Part shown: positions 44,101-53,100 of the stretch, piece by piece | Numbering within the stretch: the stretch's first letter is position 1 | Layout: each line of letters starts with the position of its first letter | Origin: Phoronis australis | Taxonomy: Eukaryota > Animalia > Phoronida | DNA: 64,000 nucleotides | Direction: 5' to 3' | Assembly (NCBI GenBank): GCA_002633005.1 | Contig: NMRA01000123.1 | Location: 584,656-648,655, forward strand | The notes under the pieces: generated by a model | Database searches by the model: none | The model's input: the letters and a program-made list of their open reading frames with translations, nothing else | Told to the model about the DNA's origin: nothing | Translations under genes and position numbers: made by a program

Positions 44101-47100
44101 GACACTCATACTCGAGTTGCTATGGAACTCTTTATGATGTGAAATGCAAAATCACGCAAAGCCGCGCTGATTCATNTTTTTTTCTTGAAAGGATTAATTT
44201 CTGAAGGGGAGTTCTGGTTTTCATCTTTGGAAGAATTGGCAAAATATGCTGCCAATCTAAGACGTCTAGCGAAAGTGTAAATATCAATTAGTAATTCATC
44301 TTTGTCAATATTGGTTTTAGTAGGACAGAAGTTTAGTCCTTTAGAAAGCAGGCTAACCTCACTTTCAGTTAAGTTATGGTTAGATAAATTAACTACGTTG
44401 TTTGTTTCACAGGTTATAGTTTTCCTAGTGATTTGTCTACGGAACCTTCTGTTACGTTTGACTTTTTTTATGGTGTCGTTGGTATTGTCTGCAGGACCGC
44501 AGATGACGGTGGTAGGAATAGGTCGAGACGAAGTCGTTGTAGATGTCTTAGAGTATTTGTTCTTTCCTTTGTTCTTGTGACGCCGTACTTTTTTCGAATT
44601 AGTGTGGCCGTTCTTGGTTGCGTTGAATTCTGCAATGTTGTCTTCACTATGGGATTCCTGAAGAGGCTCGAATCTGTTGGTGGTAAGGATTACTTCCTCT
44701 GATGTAAATGACGTATATTTTGTTGTAGATTTGTTTTTGCCGTTTGATTTTCCATTTACTTTAATCCAGTTGTCTTTTTTGAGGTCAACTTTATCTTGAA
44801 CACCTGCTGTGATAGGTTTTTCTTTTGGAGGAGTTGTTGAGCAGGTATCTTCTATTGTTTGAATGAGATAGTTATCTGGAGTGTGTTTGCTGTCCAACAG
44901 GTTGAAATGGTTGTTGCGGTGTAGAAGTAATATTGGTTTGCTGTTGATATTCTCTGAGGTGTATTTAATCCAACGTATGTTGTTTCCAATAGTGGTGTTG
45001 ACGTAGATGTCTTTATGAAAAAGAGTACAAGTTGCGAATATTTCGGCTTGAGTGGCCCACGATTTGATGTTGCCGTTTGTTTTCGCCATGTTTCGTAGAT
45101 GTTCCTGATGGTCTTCATCCATTAGAATACTGTATTTTGCTAATTTTTTTTTTGTTGTTCTGAATAACGTTGTGCTATGTGCTCTAAGTTTTAATATCCG
45201 CAGCGGCTGTAGTTTTTAAATTTAAGTAGCGTGTCAATACTGCCACAAAGCTAACAATAGTTTAAAGTGCACTCTTAAGCCGACTATAAGTACAATGTAG
45301 CCATGCGTGGTGGTAAAAAACGAAGCTACGCGCACATTTTGGTGCAACTGGCCTTTCGCAAAATTTTAACACGTTGAGTTCTTTGAATGTACGATACATG
45401 CATGGTGATAGGTTATCATGTCTGTCAGGGGCATACGCTGACCTTGTTAGCATCAAATAGGTCTGACGAAGCAAAACGTAAGTTGTATGCTATAGTCCAG
45501 TCATTCTACGGATAACACGGAAAATTTTGCAACAGCAAGTTTTATTGCATAAATCGTATCCTTTCAAACCGCTTAGTGGGAAAAAAGTCTACCGGAATTG
45601 GAGTGGCGGAAGTTGGTTTTTCAAGATAGCGGACAAAATGTCCGACAGATTTTCTGATCCTCACTATAACTCAAGAGTGGAATGTGATATGTTTTGTGGG
45701 TCAGCAAACCCATTGGAAATGGTTTTGCATGGCTGTGGTGACACCGTACGCCATTTTCCAAGATGGCCGTCAAATCTACTTGAGTCGCACAACTTCGCAA
45801 GAACAGATTAGTGTGTCGTCTTGCTTCAAACATCGCATCATAGGTGTTCTGGGTCGACTAATCATTGAGACTCATTGCATTTGTCAATAATGATTACTTC
45901 CACCATTTCCAAGATGGCGGAAAAAATGGCCGCCAGATTTGCAGATGATCATTATAACTTGAGAGTGGAATGTGATAGAGTAAAAATTTTATCTTTTGTG
46001 GGTCATCAAATCCATTGGAAAAGTTTTGCATGGCCGTGGTGACACCATCAGCCATTTTCCAAGATGGCCTCCAAAACTATTTTGAATCGCACAACTTCGC
46101 ACAAACAGATTAGTGTGTCGTCTTGCTTCAAACATTGTATCATAGGTTTTCTGGGTCGACTAATCCATTTAGACTCATTGCGTTTGGCTCTAATGATTAC
46201 TTCCACCATTTTCTACGATGGCCACCAAATAGTTGCTTCGTGTAAGCACTTCAGATTCCAGAGGCACGCCATATTCTGAGTTTTTAGTTCAGCACGTCCA
46301 TTACAATAATTTTTGTCTGGCTCTTGATGATTACGACTACCATTTTCAAGATGGTTTAACGAATAACTTATTTGGGTCAAAACATCAGGTTTGCCTGGAC
46401 TGAAGGATCATTCTCCTCCTAAAAAATGTGCTGTATTGAAAATAACTCTATGCAATTAATTCAGTGATCTACTATCCACACTGTCTGTATCACTTCCAGT
46501 TAGTTGTAAATGCTAGTGAATCTATACACAATCAACCAGTATTTACACAACTAATCTCTGTCAACTGAGAATAAATTGCTGCAGCTAAAACCACAGCATT
46601 ATCCACATGCAACTGAGTACAGCAATCCTAACTTCTTGAAAGTACATATCTTGGAACTGCAGTTGGTCTTACACGAGCATCTCACTACTTTCAGCAGGTT
46701 CTCTGGTGCTGCTGACTGGTCCGTCGTCGTGGGAATAAATTTTCCACCTGCCATGCCAGCATCCATCCCCAATACAGCGAGTCTAGGCCACTGCCACGGA
46801 AACCAGACCGCTCTTGCTCTTGATAATATGTCCCGGCAGCATGGAANATAAGGTGAAGAATAAGAAGATTTAAGATGAAAACTATTATCTCTGAACTGAA
46901 ATTGAAGTGCTGAGATACGGTAAGAGGACTTATTTTTTTATATTTGCTGTGTTTCTTGGTTCCCTTTCGATATTTTGTTCTCTGGCTCGTATTTATTTTC
47001 GAGTACGATTTCAAGCACACTGCCATACCAAACTTGAAATTTAGAGCATATACTCGGAATTTTTACTCAAAATCGTACTCGAAATATGGATGAAATACAC

Positions 47101-50100
47101 TTCGCTTCGAGTATACTCGAAAATTGAGTACGTGCTCGAAATTTCGAGTACAGATTTTTCGAGTATGACATTGAATACACCAAAGCTGAGTCTGTACTCG
47201 AGTTAAGTATGAAGTGTGAGTTTGAGCATGATTCGAGTCTGAGTACGGAGATTGGAGACCGGGCCCAGGTTTGCCTGGACTGAAGGATCATTCACCTCCT
47301 AAAAAATGTGCTGTATTAAAAATAACTCTCTGCAATTAATTCAGTGATCTACTATCCACACTGTCTGTGTCACTTCCAGTTGTAAATGCTAGTGAATCTA
47401 TACACAATCAACCAGTATTTACACAACTAATCTCTGTCAACTCAGAATGAATTGCTGCAGCTAAAACCACAGCATTATCCACTTGCAACTGAGTACGGCA
47501 ATCCTAACTTCTTGCAAGTACATATCTTGGAACTGCAGTTGGTCTTACACGAGCATCTCACTACTTTCAGCAGGTTCTCTGGTGCTGCTGACTGGTTCGT
47601 CGTCGTGGAAATGAATTTTCCACCTGCCAGCATCCATCCCCAATACAGCGAGTCTAGGCCACTGCCACGGAAACCAGACCGTTCTTGCTCTTGATAATAT
47701 GTCCCGGCAGCATGGAATTTAGCTACTGAAGAAAGTTGGTGATAATGACTGCATTTGGACTGTGACTAGTCTGACACCTCATCCACAAATTGCCTGTATC
47801 GCAAGTCATCCAAATTTGCAGAGCCAGTACCGCCATAAAGCACAGATGCAACTCTTACCAGCTTCAAATAGGTCTTGCTTCAGCTGCATGTGTCTAGTGA
47901 ATACTCTAACTAGAGTTTTTGCGGAATTCTCGATCACGCAATTTTTTGAATGGGAGAGCCTTTGCTAATACCGAACAGTTGTAATGTTGTGTTGCAACCA
48001 CCTATTGCATACGCAAATGGCAGAACTGCGCAAGTTTCGGCACCAAGAGACAACTGTAGTTCCTTGATGTCCCAGACTCTCCTCTTGCTTTGGTGCCTCT
48101 TGTCAAATTTCATGAGCATTGGAATTTGTTGTGAAGTAGCATGGTAACGCAAAAGAACCAACAAGTCTGTATCGTCTGCAGTAAGGGTAGTTGGACCTTG
48201 TGCTACGTTATCTCATCGTCGCACAAAGACGTCATGCCAGCAAGAAGATCATCATACCGCTTCAGACAGCTCTCAAATCATCATGAAGAATGTCATTGCC
48301 CATTGATTCTTCTGACGAACTATTCTCTGTCACTGTGAATTCTGAAGACCAAAACTCTGATTCAGTCGTGTTTGAATATACCAATGGCAGTACAGTTGGT
48401 CAGAAGCCAGAAGTGAACTCTCGTGAGGGCATTCCACTGTAATCCAAGGTTCAGAATCTGAAGACACTGGCTGGGCATGGCATGCCCCATAGTATACATC
48501 TAGTTATGTGATCAGTTGAGATGTCTGAAGAATCTGTCTCCATATTCTGACGAGCCAAAATTTGTGTACAAGCATTGAACTGCTCCACCTCTTGGCATGG
48601 AATCTGTGTGTTCTGTGTTGGGGACATTTCGGACTCCTGGAATATCTGAAGAACCTGAATTTCTTTCTTCATTGGTTTTTGGATTGGCGTTACTTGATAT
48701 GTCAATATTTGGAAGTGGGATATTAAATGTTCCGGCTTTTATGATAGCATTCAGTGCTGAGTCTACCAACATATGCCCCTCACTGCTCTATCCTCACTTT
48801 TTCCATTTAACATAAGGATCACACTGCTTGATGCATTCACCGTCTCAAGAACTTCGTGAAGCCCAGTGCCTGACATTACGTATCCAATACATCCCAGAAA
48901 GCTCATCTCAGTATGAAATCTTCCAAGCCTGGCTAAGAACAAGTGACTGCAGATCACTGTCGTTTTGTTTGCAGGCACTAATTTCCTCTAAAATCAGTTA
49001 CTTATGTTCATAAAAAGCATGCATATTAAACAAATTGTGGGTCCTTACTATTGAAATTTAAATAATAACTTTTTGTTACACAATCCTATTTGCTTTTCAT
49101 CAAATTCAGGGGAAATCAGCAGCCAAATTCTCAATACATGCCAGCAGCAGACGAAATCGATGCTTGGGAACAACAGAGAAAAAAGCCACTTCCTGCCCAA
49201 TTTTTTAAGGGTTTGTGTAATGAATAAGCCAATAACTCCACCAGAATAACATATTTTTCTAACAGACATTATTTTTGATACCTCAAATGAATATATTTTA
49301 CAGAAAAAAAATTGAGTTTGTGAAATTTATTATAAAAATTTAACTAAAGCCTTTTATGAAAAACACACCAACTTTTATGTTATATAATCTAAAAAGTGAG
49401 TAAAATTCCACATTTAGTATATAAATCTTAAAAACAAATTATAGAAACAACCAACTCATTAACCCTGACTGTAGATTGTAAAATGTTTTTGTGTAAATGC
49501 GTATCAGGTTACAAACAAAGTTTGCACAACGTAAATGCGGTAAATTGGGGTTTGCGAATTGGCAGCCATTTTGGCGGCTATTTTGTCATCCATCTTGATT
49601 TTTTCTCGCAAACCAGTGACCAATTGTAAGGTCCAGATATTTTCAATTGTCTAACTTACAAAAGAATAAAACTGTTTCAGGGCAAAATATAAAAAAGAAA
49701 TCTTGCAACATTTACCAAATTGCCGTTTCGGCAGCCATTTTGTCGGCCATATTGGTTTTATTTTACGGAAAAATTGGCATCTTTTGATTGCTATGCCTGT
49801 TATGAAAAGCATGTAATCAATGACAAACTTTATTGTTTTATTTTTAGCTGTTACATAAGAGTAATATGCCAGAAAACAGTAAAGACCGGTTTTGCCGGTT
49901 TTGTCGGCCTTTTTTTCCGCCAACTGGTAAAACTGACTTCCGCCACTCCGATTTCGGTTTATTTTTTTCTGACACCAAGGGATGTTTGAAGATGCCATTT
50001 ATGCAAAAAACCTTCTGTTGCAATTTTTTCTAGGTTGGGCCCTGTGGAGCCCTAGAATGACTGGACTACTATTACACATTGGTGTCGACTTTCATTCAGT

Positions 50101-53100
50101 ATGCTCTACGGCAGATTCGCAGAACCAGCAAATACCTACCAAGTAAACATGCTAGTGGTACCAGGCCAGTATCGCTTTGAACCATTTTCTACTAGTGCCA
50201 GGTACTGGGCCGGTACCAGATTTGTATCGGGTCGGTACTTGTGGCAAGTCAGTACCAGTTTTGTGCCGGTTTGCCGGTACTGGGCCAGTACCAGCTTTGT
50301 ATCGAGCCGGTACCGGCAAGTCAGTATCACTGAGTTTGGTACCGGTTTGCGGCTGGTAGCTGGAGAGACACTAGAGTTGTACCGGTAAATGTCTAACGTC
50401 TTTCATGCGCCGAGGAGTTCATGATTTTACGGTCAAAGGTGATGCTGATAATGACATAGGGTCACAAAAATAAGTTTGGGACCACTGGCACCGTACCAGT
50501 ACTGGGCCGGTGCTGGCTTGGTGCCAGCTAAAATTATTAAATAATGCCTATGAACGGTAAACCTATGTTTTCGGGATGTCGCAGCAACCAATGAAAATGT
50601 AGTAACGCTTTGTGTACCAGGGCTCCTTTTCGGAAATGAAGAAGAAAAGGCACCCATGGCCGTTTTTGGGAGCAAAAACAACTGGTTGTGTTTAGGAAGC
50701 CTTTAGCAAAACTGTTTGTTGTTAACGTGTTGTACATAAGTTGGCCATCTTAGGTTGATCCATGACACCAGGAAAAATTTCATTTTTGGCCATCTTCGAA
50801 ACATCGCATCTCACACACGACTGATTGGATTCATGTGAAACTGTCAAGTACTATGCTTAAACACTGTTCTCCAAATCACCCTTTGGAATTCTTTTTAAAT
50901 GCTCCACATTTGTATGAGGGGCAATAAAAAAGGACTTGTTTGACTTTTATGTAAAACTTAAACTTGTATAAAATGAAAAGATAGTTGAGAAAAGTGTAGC
51001 AGCATTTTTGAGATTTTATCTTGAATGTTTACATATCATGCTGAATGAGGTCATTGATCGATTCTGTTGTTTTGTTACATTTAATATATAATGGAACCTA
51101 GCAAAAGTACATATTTTCTGAAAACAGAAAATCAGTAGAATGTGATTATTGACTTTGTAGTAATCTGCCAGTAATAACACCACGTGACCATGGTTGCTGA
51201 TAAATTGAATTTCGGAAAAAAGGTAGATTCACAGCAAAACAACAGGATCAGTTACATTACCAAATTTCGTGTGATATAAAAGTTCAAGATGAAATTCCAA
51301 AACTTTCGTTACAACTTTTATAATTGTCGTTTTGTTCTCGTTTAGGCAGTTTTTGAGTTTTTCACAAAAAACACGTTAATCCTAATTATTGAGAGTTTTG
51401 CATTAAAGATGGAAATTTTGAAGTCTTCCTAACAGGGTTTTGGAGAACAGTACGTGAATACTTAAGCGTTTAATGCGTTATATTTTAATGGCGCTTAAAA
51501 AGCAACAAATTTAAATCGTGGTGGTAATTCCAGCCCGGACGTGGCCAGTGCGTCCACGTTTTCCTGTCACCACGTAAGATATGATTCCCAGCCTCGCTCC
51601 ACTGAAAATCGCTAAAGGCTTCTTTCATGGTCAGATAGCACATGATCTGGTACCGGTCTTACTGTAACAACGAACACGATCAAAATACTACTTGGTTCAG
51701 TTTTAGAATATAGAGAATTAGCTCAACAAGCGACTGCCATTATTTTGTGAATTGATTGTATTACACCGGACATCCGAAAATCAAACATGGAAAACTTTCT
51801 TTGCGGTGAAAGGTATACTTTGTACATGTATGTCTGTTATGACATAGAAGCAACCGCGACAGATTTACAACACGGTAATTAAGCGGCATGTACTTCTTCA
51901 TACCCGAACATGTTTAAATTAGACTTTATTTGACTTTTATTACCTCATATCTACTTTTTTTTCTTGTAAAGCTTGCAATATGTGTTTATTTCCATGCATT
52001 TCAGCTGTAGTAATGCCCTCTTACGAGATTTGTGCGCAAACCGAGGTTCAGTACCCGCGTGGATATGTGGTTACTCCTAATTATCCCGGGAAATATCCGA
52101 ACAGCAAGGACTGTGTCATAGTTTTGAGAGCCAGTGACACTCATCAAAGATTTAGATTGTCATTCGAGACATTTGACCTCGAAAAAAATGACAACTGCAA
52201 GTATGACAGCGTGAAGATCTACAGCGGTGTCCAAATGTTACCAGAGACAGCAATTGGGACATTCTGCGGCACTGACTTGCCAACGAATATTACTTTGCTC
52301 GCTGAGAACGTCACGATAGCTTTTCACTCCGATGTTTCTAAAACTGGGTCCGGTTTCAAGATGAGATTTGAAGGTTTGTTAACGAAACAGGAGAGTCCAT
52401 ACTTAGAGCGTAATGTAACAGGGAATATGATTCATTCCTCAGCATGCGTCAAAGTAATGCTTGTACCTTGGTGCAAATTCCTGTCGTTAAACCTACTAAA
52501 GACGGCATTAAAGGCTATTGATGCGTTCCATTCCTTGCAACAGTGGCTAATTTCGCTACACGTGTTTACAAAATCACTGTTACTGTACGTGTCAATATTA
52601 AGATTCCTGAACTAGGTCCACCAATAAGCATTGCTTCGTAATCTTACCCCGAGTGCCGTTTGATCACACGTCGCTGTACGTGCACAAGTTGAACAGTGTT
52701 CTGGAAAGGTGCTTTCCCTGATAAACATAGACTGAGACAAAACAGTGATCATTCACGTTTCTCGAGACTATACCAATAACCCGATTTTTCGAGTTTTGAT
52801 ATTTAGACGTATACTTGGGTAAGTAAGGTAGAAAACGTAAAATGGACTGAAAATAAGCATCATTGACACATTGGTAAACCCTTAAAGATGTATTAGCATG
52901 CTGCTAACTATGCAAATGTAAAGCAGGGAATAAACGACAGCGTGATTTGAACATCATCTAAGCTAAACAAAGTGCAGATGTACTCATTGACAATTTGTAA
53001 ATGTGAAATCCAAAATTCTCCACATCGGTAACTTTGGGGACACATACACAGCCTGCATCATCATACCACAATACATCGTCACGATACTGGACACGGTTGA

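Larger units (their letters stand above)
42693..47717 (+). repeat. Duplicated segment (42693-43962 plus 47266-47717 vs 45153-46847), bounded by single Ns at 44176 and 46848
   Basis: Near-identical sequence with small indels; consistent with two alleles assembled consecutively. Confidence 0.88.
43033..50068 (-). mobile_element. Decayed Academ-superfamily DNA transposon
   Basis: Perfect 16-bp TIR TAGTCCAGTCATTCTA / TAGAATGACTGGACTA, TAG..CTA termini, 3-bp TSD CTA. Broken minus-strand coding relics: transposase (RLGRFHTEMSFLGCIGYVMSGTGL...LNGK..RAVRG, 48780-48980), XPG-like nuclease (LPFAYAIGGCNTT..LFGISK, ~47950-48160) and Cys cluster (LLKVVRCSCKTNCSSKICTCKK, ~47450-47600). The left end is repeated at 45493. 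Confidence 0.85.

Noticed and set aside
45143-45153. Poly-T run as a retroelement poly-A tail
   Set aside because: It lies at the 5' side of the minus-strand ORF and reads in frame as Lys codons; it marks the truncation junction, not a tail
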